A DNA stretch of 64,000 nt from assembly GCF_009914755.1 (NCBI RefSeq), contig NC_060928.1. One strand, given 5' to 3'. The translations under genes were made by a program, and so were the position numbers. Shown here piece by piece: positions 1 through 14,109 of the stretch (the stretch's first letter is position 1; each line of letters begins with the position of its first letter). The stretch is from the human T2T-CHM13v2.0 reference genome, Homo sapiens. The notes below the pieces were generated by a model. The model saw only the letters and a list, made by a program, of their open reading frames with translations. It was not told where the DNA came from and searched no databases.

Positions 1-658
1 TCTGCCTTCTACACCCCACCGGGATTGTAAAATGGCCATATGGAGTTACGTTTCATTGGTTGGGGGTGAGGGGCTTTGTTCTTTGGTTGTTAGTGTGGCC
101 CTTAAAGTCTTCTTCCATGACACCTCGGGATCCAGGGCTCTTGGATGAGGCTGGATATTCCTTTTTCTAATTGGATCTGAGTGTCTGTCCCTCCATTTCT
201 ATCTAAAGTCTTGTCTTATTTTCTCCTACCTCTATGAGGAAGCAGAGACAGATCCTGGAAGACATTCCTCTGTCTTGTCTCTTGAAATACAATAGCTGTC
301 TTTCCATTTCATTGACCTCAAATATTTTCTTCTGCACTTCTCTTTAGACCCATTTAGCTTCATTGTCTCTTTGGGATTTGGCTTTTACAAAATAGTGGTG
401 TCTTAATGAGTTTGGGCTGCTGTAACAGAATACCACAGCCTGGATGGATTAACCAGCAAAGATTTATTTCTCACAGTCAGGAGGCTGAAGGTCTGAGATC
501 AGGATGCCAGCATGGTGGGGTTCCTGATGAAGGCCCTCTTCCTGGTGATGTCCTCACATGACTTTCCTTGGTATATGGATGCAGAGGAAAAGACAGATCC
601 CTTGACTCCTCTTTTTTAAAAAAATTCATTTTTTAATGGAGGTAAAATATATATTTAC

Positions 659-946
659 GGCCAGGTACGGTGGCTCATGCTTGTAATCCCAGCACTTTAG
701 GAGTCTGAGGCAAATAGATCACCCGAGGTTAGGAGTTCGAGACCAGCCTGGCCAACATGGCGAAACCCCATCTCTACTAAAAATACAAAATTAGCTGGGT
801 GTGGTGGTGTGCACCTGTGATCCCAACTACTCAGGAAGCTGAGGCAGGAGAATCACTTGAACCTGGGAAGCAGAGGTTGCAGTGAGCCGAGATTGTGCCA
901 CTGCACTTCAACCCGGGTGACAGAGAGAGACTCCGTCACAAAAAAG

Positions 947-960
<14 letters not shown>
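659..960 (+). mobile_element. Alu (AluS-type), full length
   Basis: ggccaggtacggtggctcatgcttgtaatcccagcac start, A-rich linker, right arm and poly-A tail. Confidence 0.97.

Positions 961-1011
<51 letters not shown>
961..1011. repeat. (AT)n microsatellite, about 25 units
   Basis: Perfect AT run directly after the Alu poly-A. Confidence 0.98.
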
Positions 1012-1016
<5 letters not shown>

Positions 1017-4000
1017 TTACTCTTACCATCTTTACTACTTTCAAGTGTACAATTCAGTTGTAATAAATCTCCTCTTTTACTGAGGGCATTAATTCCATAA
1101 TGAGGGTTCCAACTTCATAACTGAATCTAACCCTAATTGGCTTCCAAGGTCCTCATCTCCAAATACCATCACAATGGAGATTAGAGTGTCAACCTGTAAA
1201 CTTGGAGAGGACACAAACATTCAGTCCACAGCAGAGGCCAAACCTTGACTTTGGACTGCAACTCCATTCTGCCCGCACCCCCCCAAAAATAATTCTCTGA
1301 AGCAATGAAGCCTAAAACCAACTATAATTTGTAGAACACTGGAGAGGACAATACAAAGACCAAAGAAACAAATTACCATTTTAATAAATTACTCTGTAAC
1401 CATTTTAGCTTCATAAACTTTTTGAAGTAGATGTTATCTGGATATACATTTAATACAAAATGGGCATGATTAATAGAGAAATTTCAAATTTTAATTCACA
1501 CACCAGTCAGCAGGAAGTCCTTCAAAAAAATTCAGGATATAAACTGGAACATTTTGAACATACAGTCTCCTCCACACCCTTATTTAGGAGTGACAGCATT
1601 TTTAATATTATGTGCTGATTTCATATAAAACACTATAACACTATAGTATGCCCAGTCAACCAGAAACTAAATAAAAATATATAAACTCATATTTTACACA
1701 ACGATGAAAAACAAGGTTATCAAAGAAGTTGTGTTTTCTATAAAATAAGAAAACACATTTCCCTGACTAAAAACTCAGAAGCATTGATCTATTATTTTGT
1801 TGAGATTTGAAAGTCTCATTCTGGCTGTGATTAACACTCTCGCATATAACAAGCAACACCTTAAAAAGAAAGCCTATTTTCCTTTTTTTCTCCTTTTTCA
1901 CAACATTGCTTTCTCTTAAGTACCACTTAAAATTCAAGTAGGGTTTTTTTTTATGACTAAGGTCACATTATAAAATAGCATATAAGATGAAAGTAATAGA
2001 GTGTAGCCAAAGAGGGGCGTGAAAATGAACACATCAGAAGCCAGTGTTGCTTGGGCGCAGTTTCAGAGGTGTTCATTTTCATTGGCTCTTTAAGGTAGGC
2101 TGACAGGAACAATCAGTTGCCTCATAGATCACTGACAGAGGCTCAGGAAGACAGATGACAGGCAGAATAGCAAACCCCACAGAAATTAAACAGAGTGCTG
2201 GAAGAACAATTAGCATCGTTGGGGATAAAAATGCCAAGGAGGAACGCTGCTAATTTTAGGGCACAGAACCAAACCTAAATGACATCTTCATCTCAATGGC
2301 TGTTAAGCCCACAAAATCAGTGCAGCAATTCTAACTACAACTCTAACAATGTGTTTTTATATAATTTCACATTAGGTGGTCCATGTCTGATCAGTTACAG
2401 GCAGATATACTCGACCGTTTCAAGATTTCTCATAAGTTTTATGTGGCAGAGATAATTTAAGACCTCATCTCATTCCCCGACAGGAAATTCAGCGTGCCAA
2501 TAAGCAATTGGACTAACTCTTCTTGGTGAGTGGAGTCAGGAAGAGTTCCATTCCCTCCACCTACAGCCAGGCCTCGACAGCTGGAGTGTGGGGTTTGAAA
2601 GCTTTAGAAAGCTCCTCGAAGGATTAAACATGAAAAAACTTGGGGTTTAGCAACATGGAAAAAGGAACACTTTTGTGAAGAATGTACCCCATCCTGGCAC
2701 AGAACTCCTCAACCCAAATGAGTTGGGGGTAAAGAGCATCAAGGCCATGAAGAGACATGGCTTAGATGCTGAAAAGAAGCTTGTTTTATCTTAGACATGC
2801 TACCTCATCAAAATTTGAGTGTTTGTCATATTTTCCCAGTTTAAAAAAAATTTTGAAAAAAAATCTCAAAACTACAGAAAAGTTGAAAGATAATATGATA
2901 CAAAACCATATGATTATCAGGCTCACAATGTTTGCACCATAATTCAACTTTGTATTTATATACAATTAATAAAAACAGTAACATTTTGAAGAATGCCTAT
3001 CTTGTGTATATAAATTTATACTGACAGACTCCACTCAACTCAGTATTTTAAAATATAATTACATTTCCAGATGTTTTAACATTTTTTCTTTATGATAATT
3101 TGTGCTATTATTTTCTAATCCAATTCCATACTTGAAGTAGAAACAAAAATACATATCTACTGGGAGCCTTAAAAAGAGGGCAGGGTAAACAGTAAAGTAG
3201 TCTCATAAAAATAATATAAAAATTATACAAAAATTAAATTGATATTATGCCATAATATGATATAAATATATAAAACAAAAGTTTTTAAATAACAGCATTT
3301 AATATACTACTGATTATTAGAAAAGGAAACAAAAGACACATCACTGAACCTCATTTCCTATAATATAAGAATAATCTAATATTCACATGTTTCAGCTAAT
3401 GAATATTTTTATAAGAAAATATCTATTTCATCATTCTCTATACCACCATTTGCATGTAGATTTTTGCAAAGTGTAACTTGAATGTCCTCATCTCCACATT
3501 TCCAGTGATCTACCAGCATGTAATTGAAAGTGCTCAGCTTTTAGCCCCCATCTAAAGCTATAGCATATTCCACTATTTTATATGAATATTTTAATACACG
3601 AACATCTTCAAACAATATTTAACCATATTACATATACTCAACCGTATTACATGAAAATAAATTATCAGTTAATTACTGGATTAAGTTTGGAAATTCAGCT
3701 TGTCTAAAAGAAAAGTTTCTGCTTTGCCCAAAGAAGTAATTTGTATATTTTAATGATTGTGAATAAATATAATTTTATAGCTTTTAGCATGTGAGTGAAG
3801 TTTGAGCATCTTTGCTCAAGCATCAGCTATTCAAATTTTGTGCAAGTAAGAACAGCATGGCCCAAACTCTATCACAAACACTGATATGCCGTGGTCTAAT
3901 TTAAAGGATCTTTTTTTAACCAAAACCTTGATTTGTCCAGATATCTATTCCCAGCATCCTTTAACCTCCTCTTATCAACTCTTATACAACTCACATCTGA

Positions 4001-4260
4001 GTAAATTTAAAAAGCTAATCCAGAGAACATCCTGTTACTTCAAGATATATATGTAGAAATGATGCTTTAGGACCTGAGCTGTCACGTGCTTTACTCACAT
4101 TAATAGGTGCTTGTCACTTAGCAATAAAATAATTTCCCTACCTTGTCACTGAATGAGATAAACAACTTTGTTTTCCAGTTATGATTCTCCCAATTCATGG
4201 TCGGAAATGAATAGGTTAGAGGTAGAGTAAGCATAATCATCCATGCCCATAATTGGAAGT

Positions 4261-4963
<703 letters not shown>

Positions 4964-5669
4964 GAAGTTCACAAAAGAAAGATGATTTTAAGGGCACAAC
5001 AGATATTGGCAGAGGTGAGCATGAGAAGGGGACGTGCAGGATCCTCTATAAAGTAACCCAGGCAGATGGAATTGTCAGAAGAAAGAGAAACCAGAGAAGC
5101 TTTTGCTGAATGTGGAAGCAAACTGGGAGAATTAGGAAACAAAATTCATTTACGGTGAAGGAGTTTCAACATACAAATCAAAGATACCTGCTAGATTTTG
5201 ATCCTGCAGGGACTTAAAGCTAAATAAAAACACTAAGCTCAAAATTTCCCTGGGGGAGAATATTCAAAGCTGAGGAGACAGATAAGACTAAGAAGAGCAT
5301 TAGCTAGGCCAGAAAGACAGATGAAACTTGTTCACTCTGAAGATTCTTGGGAGAAAATTTCCACTGGAGGGGAAAGCTTTGTCAAATATACCACTGGTTT
5401 CCCACTCAAGGAACATGGGCAGGACTCTGAAGCCTCAGGAGGATGCGGGTACAGAGCGAGGCTCTACATTCCAAAACACCAAACTGCATCTCACACCAGA
5501 GCCAAAGGCGTGCCAATCAAAATTCCAGGAGGGCTACACCCAAGAAACAGAAACAAGCCAAACGCAGACTCACTCTAAACTACAGCCACAGCTCCTTGAC
5601 CTGGTTCAATGCGGGGTTACATTTAGCTTTAATCACTGTTTCTGCCTGACAGAGCAGAGAATGTTTTCA

Positions 5670-5810
5670 GGCACAAAGGAACCTTCTCTGAGGCTGGAAA
5701 TGTTCTTTATCTTAGTCTGGGGGGCAGTTACAAGTGGTAGTACATATACAAAATGTTTTCAAGTTAAAGATTGTGTGTACTTTCCTGCATTATGTTATAT
5801 CTTAGTTAAA
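5670..5810 (+). mobile_element. Ancient L1ME-like 3' end fragment
   Basis: ggcacaaaggaaccttctctgaggctggaaatgttctttatcttag...tgtgtactttcctgcattatgttatatctt resembles the L1ME 3' terminus. Confidence 0.6.
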
Positions 5811-5823
5811 AAGTATAACAATA

Positions 5824-6078
5824 AATCCCGGCAATTTGGGAAACTGAGGCGGGTGGATCACTTGAAGGCGGGAGTTTGAGACCAGCCTGACCAACATGGA
5901 GAAACCCTGTCTCTATTAAAAATACAAGATTGTGCCTGCCTGCAGTCCCAGCTACTCATAAGGGCTGAGAAAGGAGAATTGCTTGAACCCTGGAGGTGGA
6001 GGTTGTGGTGAGCCGAGATGGCGCCATTACACTCCAGCCTATGCACCAAGAGTGAAACTCCATCCCCCTCCCAAAAAA
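5824..6078 (+). mobile_element. 5'-truncated Alu (AluSp-like) with an internal deletion
   Basis: Has ctgaccaacatggagaaaccc and ccattacactcc...aagagtgaaactcc. TSD aaaagtataacaata / aaaagtataataata. Confidence 0.92.
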
Positions 6079-6749
6079 GTATAATAATAATACCCATAAT
6101 TATTAAGCACAAATCTGTCATCCTCAACAAAGCAAAATCCTTGAAAATAACCTATATCTAACCGCACCACTCCTCATCATTTCAACTTCTGCCTCACCTG
6201 CTCAGGCCTGAATCCCATGTTCAATAGTCTCTTGCTTTCCTTTTTATATAGTTCATGTCATTTCCTATGCATAAGTTACAAACTTAGGGCAGTTGTGATG
6301 CTCTGCTTTTTATATGAGACACCCCAATTAGTTTATTTCTCCCTAAGTGTCAATATTCTTAAAAGTAGTGTGCCTCAAGATCAATGACCTATAGCAATTA
6401 ACCCTGGTGGCCATTTATTTTATGGATAGACTTGTTTACTTGAAATAGATTTTCAAGGCCAATTTTTTGGAATGCTTCCCTTTTGGAAAAATTGGAGCAT
6501 TCTTTCTTGTCCCTTTTTTCTAAATTGTTCATTTGTACTATAATGATCTTCGATTGGTTCTGATTCTGATTCCCTCACTCTGCAATCTTATTTCAACACA
6601 TTATTTCATTAGTTTGTATTTGAATACAATGATTTACTGAATTCATTTAATTTATCTATGAAATAAAATACAACTAGGGAATCTGCTTCTGTTTTTTGAA
6701 TCATGCTTTCTCTTCTTGATTGGATTTCTCAGTTGCATTTTGCATTCTT

Positions 6750-6840
6750 TTTTCTCTTTTCTTCCTCACCCTCCTCTTTCCTCTCTACTTCCTTTTCCTC
6801 CTGTTCTTGCTTCTCCTTCTCCTCCTCCTTCCACCATCTT
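6750..6840. repeat. CT-rich low-complexity tract
   Basis: Pyrimidine-rich cttcctc/ctcct repeats. Confidence 0.8.
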
Positions 6841-8156
6841 TTTCAATAAATTTGCATATATTTCCATTTATTCCTTTGTCCTTTAAGTTTGTCATGGGTG
6901 TAGACATTGTTTTCATTGAAAAATGGGGAAATTCTTCCTGATATTATTACCATTTTTTCTGGGACCAGGTTCTTCTAACCATTAACCCTCAGTTTCAGTT
7001 TTACTTTAACCCGTTTTTCTTTAGACCAAGTCTCTTGGGATCATAAAGTAGAGAACTGGCTTGAACTGGGAGCGATCCATTCACAAGCATTTGAGCATGC
7101 CTCTTTTCTGTCATCTCCTTGAATGCCTATGCCTAGGAGCCACTCCAGCAAGCCAGCGTTGTAGCTCATACCTTTCAGTCTTAGCTCATTTTCTTTTCTG
7201 TATGGTGCACTAGAATATGGGAATCCCTGAAATATGACAGGACCTGAAACATTGCAAGCCCTGGAGTAGCAGGAAGACAGATGAATAACAGCCCTTAATT
7301 ATGGCAGGCCCTGATACAGCAAAATCCCTTGAAGCCATGTCTACAGAAACAGTGCTACTCTGTAGATGTTTTGATTATCCACAATTGTCCCCTCATCCCT
7401 CAGTTATAATTATAAAAAGGAAATAGAATAAATGTCAATATCATTTATGAATTAAAAACAGTGTAATGTTACCAATGACTATTTCTGAAAGAGAAGAGAG
7501 AAACTATATGAGGAATTCTTGTTGCAGCTTTGAACTAGTTCAACATATATTTTGGTTATTCAGAGGCCATGGCTGAAACAAATGTACCACTTGGTTGTTT
7601 TTGTCACAAGTGTTTTTGATGAGGCACCAGCAAAGTCTATTTTGTTGAGAATTTTTGCAAATGTGTTCATCAGACATATTGGCCTGTTGTTACCTTTTGT
7701 TGTTGCATCTTTGTCTGGTTTCAGCATCAGAGTAATACTGGCCTTGTTGAAAGGCTTTGGGAGTACTTCCTTCTCCTCAATTTTTTTGAACAGTCTTAGT
7801 GGAATTGCTATTAGCTACTCTTTTGATGTTTGGTAGAATTTAGTAATAAAGCCATTGGGTTCTCAGCTTTTGTTTGAGGAAAACCTTTTTTTTTTTTTCT
7901 TATCTTGATATTGGTCAATTCAGTTTTTTATCGTGGTATTGTTCAATTCAGGTTTTGGGTTTCCTCATAGTTCAATTGTGGTAGGTGGTATATGTCTAGA
8001 AATTTACCCATTTCTTCTAGGTTTTCCAGTTTATTGGCATACAGTTGCTCATAATAGTCTCTAATGATCCTTTGAATTGTGGTATCAGTTGTAATGTCTC
8101 CTTTTTCATCTCTGGTTTGATTTGGGCCTTTTCTCTTTTATTCTCAGTCTGGCTAA

Positions 8157-8519
<363 letters not shown>

Positions 8520-10210
8520 AACCTTTTGTGTTTTTTTGAGTCTCAATTTTATTTATGTTCTGATCTTTATTTTTTTCTATTAATTTTGGGTTTCGCTTGC
8601 TCTTGCTTTTCTGGTTCTTTAGGATTCATCATTCTGTTGTTTATTTGAAGTTTTTCTACTTTTCTGATGTAGGCAGTTATTGCTATAAATTTCCCTCTTT
8701 GCACTGCTTTGGCTGTGCCCCATAGATTGCGATATGTTGTGTTTCCATTTTTATTTGTTTTAAGATGTATTTTAATTTTCTTCTTTTATTTGGCCTTTGG
8801 TCAATGGTCATTCAGGAGCACATTGCTTAATTTCTATGTGTTGGTACAGTTTCTGAAATTGCTCATTTTTAATTTCTAGTTATATTGTAGTCAGAAAAAA
8901 TACTTGATATGATTTCTGTTTTTCAGAATTTTTGAGAATTGTTTTGTGGCCTAAAATATGGTCTATCCTTGAGAATTTTCCATGTGCTGAAGAGAAAAAT
9001 GTGTATTCTGCAACCGTTGAGTGAAATGTTCTGTAAATATCTATTAGGTACATTTAGTCTATAGTACAGATTAAGTTCATTATTTCTTTGTTGATTTTTT
9101 TATCTAGATGAGCTGTCCAATGCCAAAAGTGGGGTAGCATGTTGAAGTCTCCAGCTTTAACCAAATTGGAATCTATCTCTCTCTTAAGTGTCTAATAATA
9201 TTTGCTTTATCTCTCTGAGTGCTACAGTTTTGGGTGCATGGATATTTACAATTGTTACACTCTCTTACTGAAGTTATTGCTTTATTATATATAATGACAT
9301 TCTTTGTCACATTAAAATTTTTGTCTTGATCTATTACATCTGATATAAGCATAGCTACTCCAGCTCTTTTTCTGTTTCCATTTGCATGATTTTTTTCTTT
9401 ATTTTTAGTCTATATATATCTTTATAGATCAAGATTCATACAGACACCATTTAGTTGGGTCTTTTTTTTTTTTAAATCCAGTTAGCCATGCTGTCTTTTG
9501 ATTGGAAAATTAGTCCATTTACGTTCAATGTTATTATTCACAGGAAAGGACTTACTATTAATATTGCCATTTTGTTATTTGTTTTCTAGTGGGTTTCTTG
9601 GTCCTCTCTCTGTTTCTTTTTTCTTTCCTTCCTGTCTAGCATAATAATGGTTTTTGTCTGGTAGTATGTTTTAATTTTCTGCTTTTATCTTTTGTGTATC
9701 TGTTATTGTTTTTCATTTTGTGGTTGCTGCGAGACTTGCAAATAGCATCTTATAACCAATTAGAATGGTAACTTAAGTTTGATTACAATGAAAATAACAA
9801 AGACATGTAAAGAGAAAACAAACAAACAAACAAAAACCCTCTACATTTTATCTCCATCCCTGTCCTCACTTTTTGACTTTTTGTTCTAGTTACATTGTTT
9901 TTTGCTATTTCTTAAAAAGTTGTAGTTATCATTGATAAGTTTGCCTTTTAGTCTTCCTACTAAAGATATGAGTGTTTTATACTCCAAAATGACAGTGTTA
10001 GAGTATTTTGTATTTGTGTACTTACTATTACTTGTGAATTCTATACCTTCAGATGATTTCTTGTTGTTTGTTAACATCCTTTTTTCTGATACTGAAGAAC
10101 TCACTTCAGCATTTCTTAGAGGACTGGTCTAGTGTTAATGAAATCCTTCAACTTATTTTGTCTGGGAAAATGTTACTCCTTAGTGTTTGAAGGAAAGTGT
10201 TGCTTGACAC

Positions 10211-10673
10211 TGTAGCAGGACAAGCCACAGACAAAACTCCTCAGACACTGAGTTAAAGAAGGAAGGGCTTTATTCCACCAGGAGCTGCAGCAAGACTCAC
10301 AACTCCAAAAACCGAGCTCCCCGAGTGAGCAATTCCTATCCCTTTTAAGGGCTTACAACTCTAAGGGGGTTTGCATGAGAGGGTCGTGATGGATTGAGCA
10401 AGCAGGGGGTACGAGACTGGGGGCTGCATGCACCAGTAATTAAAATGGAACAGAACAGGACAGGGATTTTCACAGTGCTTTTCTATACAATGTCTGTAAT
10501 CTATAGATAACATAACCAATTAGGTCAGGGGTCGACCTTTAATTACCAGGTGCAGGGTGTGGCGCCAGGCTGTCTGCCTGTGGATTTAATTTCTGCCTTT
10601 TAGTTTTTACTTTTTCTTTCTTTGGAGGCAGAAATTGGGCATAAGACAATATGAGGGGTAGTCTCCTCCCTTA
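10211..10673 (-). mobile_element. ERV1 solo LTR, LTR2 family (HERV-E/Harlequin)
   Basis: Reverse complement begins taagggaggagactacccctcatattgtcttatgcccaatttctgcctccaaag and ends gctaca. 4-bp TSD acac at 10207-10210 and 10674-10677. Confidence 0.9.
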
Positions 10674-11339
10674 ACACAATATTCTAACACAATATTCTAA
10701 GTTGAACGTTATTGTGTGTGTGTGTTTCCTTCAGCACTTTGAATGTTATTCTACTCTCTCCTGGACAGTAAAGTTTTTGTTGAGAAGTCTGCTGCCAGAT
10801 GCATCAGAGCTCCTTTATATTTATTTACTTCTTTGTGCTGTCACTTTTAGGATCTTTCTTTATCCTTGGCCTTTGAGAGTCTGAATAATATATGCCTTGA
10901 GGTAATCTCATTTTGGTTGACCCTACTTTCTGTTCTATGACTTTCTGTACCTGAATATTCATACGTTTCTCTAGGTTTGGAAAATTATGTTTTTATTTCT
11001 TTGAATAAACTTTCTTCTCCAATCTCTATGTCCTCTTTAAGGCCAATAATTCTTAGATTTGCCCTTTTGTGGCTGTTTTCTAGATATTGTAGGCATGCTC
11101 ATGTTTTTAATTGTTTTTCTTTTTTCTCTTCTGTGTATTTTCATATAGCCTTCTTCAAGCTAACAAATTCTATTTCTGCTTGATCAATTCTACTGTTGAG
11201 AGATGCTGATGCATTTTTCAGTTTATTGATTGAATTTTTCAACTACAGATCTTCTGATTGATTTTTATTATTTCAATATCTATTAAATTTATCTGATATA
11301 ATTCTGAATTCCTTATCTATGTTATCTTGAAGTTTATTA

Positions 11340-11661
11340 TTAACAAGTGGAGGTGTAAACAGACCAAAGCTGACACCTCCAGAAATGACTGAGTTTCGGC
11401 CAGTCAAATGTAGCCAACTGTTTGAAACATATTCAAATAAGGCAAAAACTGAGCTGTAACCAATTCAGCTGTTTCTGTACATCACTTCCATTTTTTGGAT
11501 ATCACTTTCCTTTTTTGGTCCATAAATCTTCTTCCACCAAATGGCTGTGCTAAAGTCTCTGAGACTAACTACCCTGGCTCAGAAGGCCACCAAATCTGCA
11601 AATCACTCATTGCAAAATTAAGCTCCCTTAAATTTAATTTGGCTAAAGATTTTCTTTTATC
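11340..11661 (+). mobile_element. Partial ERV1 (MER4-group) LTR, MER57-like
   Basis: ttcaaataaggcaaaaactgagctgtaaccaattcagctgtttctgtac...taaatttaatttggctaaag. The 5' part is missing and the subfamily is uncertain. Confidence 0.75.
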
Positions 11662-11983
11662 TTTTTATCTCTGTCACTCCAGGATTGATTACTGGGGGAG
11701 GGATGCTGTAGACAATGCAAGAATGTATTTTCTACCCACTTCAATGCCTCTTTTTTTGATACTATGTTAAAACTAGGTACTGTAATCGCTCACCTGATTT
11801 TCTGGTTCTTTTGAAGGTAATTTCTTGCATACATAGTTGTTCAATTTTGTGTTCCTGCAGGGGAACAACTGCTGGATGATTCTATTTTGCCATCTTCTTT
11901 CTAGAATTATTTTCTTACTAAATGCTTGCTGCTTTGTTATCATTTCAAAAATTTAGCTTTATTTAGTCAAAAGTCATGCTTTA

Positions 11984-13054
11984 CAGTTGACCCTTGAACA
12001 ATACAAAGATTAGGGGCACTGACCACCTACACAGCCAAAAGTCTGTGTATAACTTTTGGCCCCCTAAAAAGTTAACTATTAGTAGTCTACTAACCAGAAG
12101 CCTAACTGATAACAGTAAATTAACACAGACTTTGTATATGTATTATATACTGTATTCTTTATAATAAAGTAAGCTAGAGAAAAGAAAATATTAAGAAAAT
12201 CATAAGAAAGTGAAAATATATTTCTATTTATTATGTAGAAGCAAATCACTATAAAGGTATTTATCCCTGTCATCTTCATGTTGGGTAGACTGAGGAAGAG
12301 GACAAGGAGGGAGAGTTTGTTCTGCTGTCTATGGGATGGCAGAGGCAGAAGAGGTAGGGGAGGTGAAAGTGAAGGCAAGAGTGGTAGATACACTCAGTGT
12401 AATGGTTATTAAAGAAAATTCTGTGTACTGGATTAAGAAAATATGGCACATATACACCGTGGAATACTATGCAGCCATAAAAAATGATGAGTTCATGTCC
12501 TTTGTAGGGACATGGATGAAATTGGAAATCATCATTCTCAGTAAACTATCACCAGAACAAAAAACCAAACACCGCATATTCTCACTCATAGGTGGGAATT
12601 GAACAATAAGAACACATGGACACAGTAAGGGGAACGTCACACTCTGGGGACTGTTGTGGGGTGGGGGGAGAGGGGAGGGATAGCATTAGGAGATATACCT
12701 AATGCTAAATGATGAGTTAGTGGGTGCAGCACACCAGCATGGCACATGTATACATATGTAACTAATCTGCACATTGTGCACATGTACCCTAAAACTTAAA
12801 GTAAAATAATAATAAAATTAAAAAAAAAGAAAGACAGCAACTAATGCTACTTTTTAAATTTTCAGTTGTATGTTCAGTATATGGTATCTTTGGTGCCTAT
12901 GAATTATATAAAATCAGATCAAATATGCATTTTTCTGTGATGCTCACTTTCATTGTAATATATAAACAAGATCCTTTCTTAAAAAAAAAAAGAAAATTCC
13001 GTGTGTATATGTAGGCCCACACAATTCAAACCTGTGTTGTTCAAGGGGCAACTG
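11984..13054 (-). mobile_element. Tigger2-family non-autonomous DNA transposon, interrupted by an L1
   Basis: Terminal inverted repeats cagttgacccttgaacaa and ttgttcaaggggcaactg, with TA on both sides (Tc1/mariner-type TSD). Confidence 0.9.
12427..12832 (+). mobile_element. 5'-truncated young L1 (L1PA3-like): ORF2 C-terminus, 3'UTR and poly-A
   Basis: ORF ends ...HRIFSLIGGN*, followed by the G-rich 3'UTR and aataaa/poly-A. It lacks the ACA diagnostic of L1-Ta. Confidence 0.95.
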
Positions 13055-13212
13055 TAGTTGCATAAAATATCTGCGAGACTATAGTTTTTGCTGGTACAAA
13101 ATCTAGAATAATCGCTCTTTTATTCCTATTTCTTTGTACTTCTAAACTAATAAAGTATTAAATATTATGATAGAGGTATCTGGGTAAGAACCATGTGGAG
13201 ATTGAAGATGAG

Positions 13213-13845
<633 letters not shown>

Positions 13846-14109
13846 GGGTATCAACATAAAAGTTCATAATAACATAAGGGTATTTGATAAATTAAGAATA
13901 AATTCACCTGGGATACAAAGTGCATGTCAAAAAAAAGTTAACACGTGCAATGCCAGCCCTCAAATACCCCTTTTTCATTACAATAGCAATAAGTGTGCCC
14001 TGAGGACAAAAATAACAGGTGCTCTGTATTTAAGGTCTCTGGTAAAAGTAAAGTATCCTCACAAAACTTGGGTCGCTAACCAAATTCCCTAGAGCAGTGA
14101 TTCTAGAAC

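Larger units (their letters stand above)
616..1068 (-). mobile_element. Short 3'-end fragment of an old L1M, split by an Alu
   Basis: ttttttaatggaggtaaaatata...ttaccatctttactactttcaagtgtacaattcagttg resembles an antisense L1M 3' terminus. Flanked by direct repeat ctcctctttt at 606-615 and 1069-1078. Confidence 0.65.
399..1233 (-). mobile_element. MaLR solo LTR (MLT1A-like), interrupted by an L1 fragment and an Alu
   Basis: Starts tgtcttaatgagtttgggctgctgtaacagaataccacag...ggaggctgaaggtctgagatc. Resumes near 1069 and ends gacacaaacattcagtccacagca, a typical antisense MLT1 terminus. Confidence 0.85.

Noticed and set aside
853-1083. ORFs with IYIYIY runs
   Set aside because: They are translations of the Alu tail and (AT)n microsatellite.
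1730-1757. 10-bp inverted repeat tgtgttttct / agaaaacaca
   Set aside because: Short and AT-rich, so plausible by chance in 64 kb.
5328-5879. 183-aa ORF, the longest non-L1 ORF
   Set aside because: Non-ATG start, no recognisable domain, and it runs through an L1ME remnant into an Alu.
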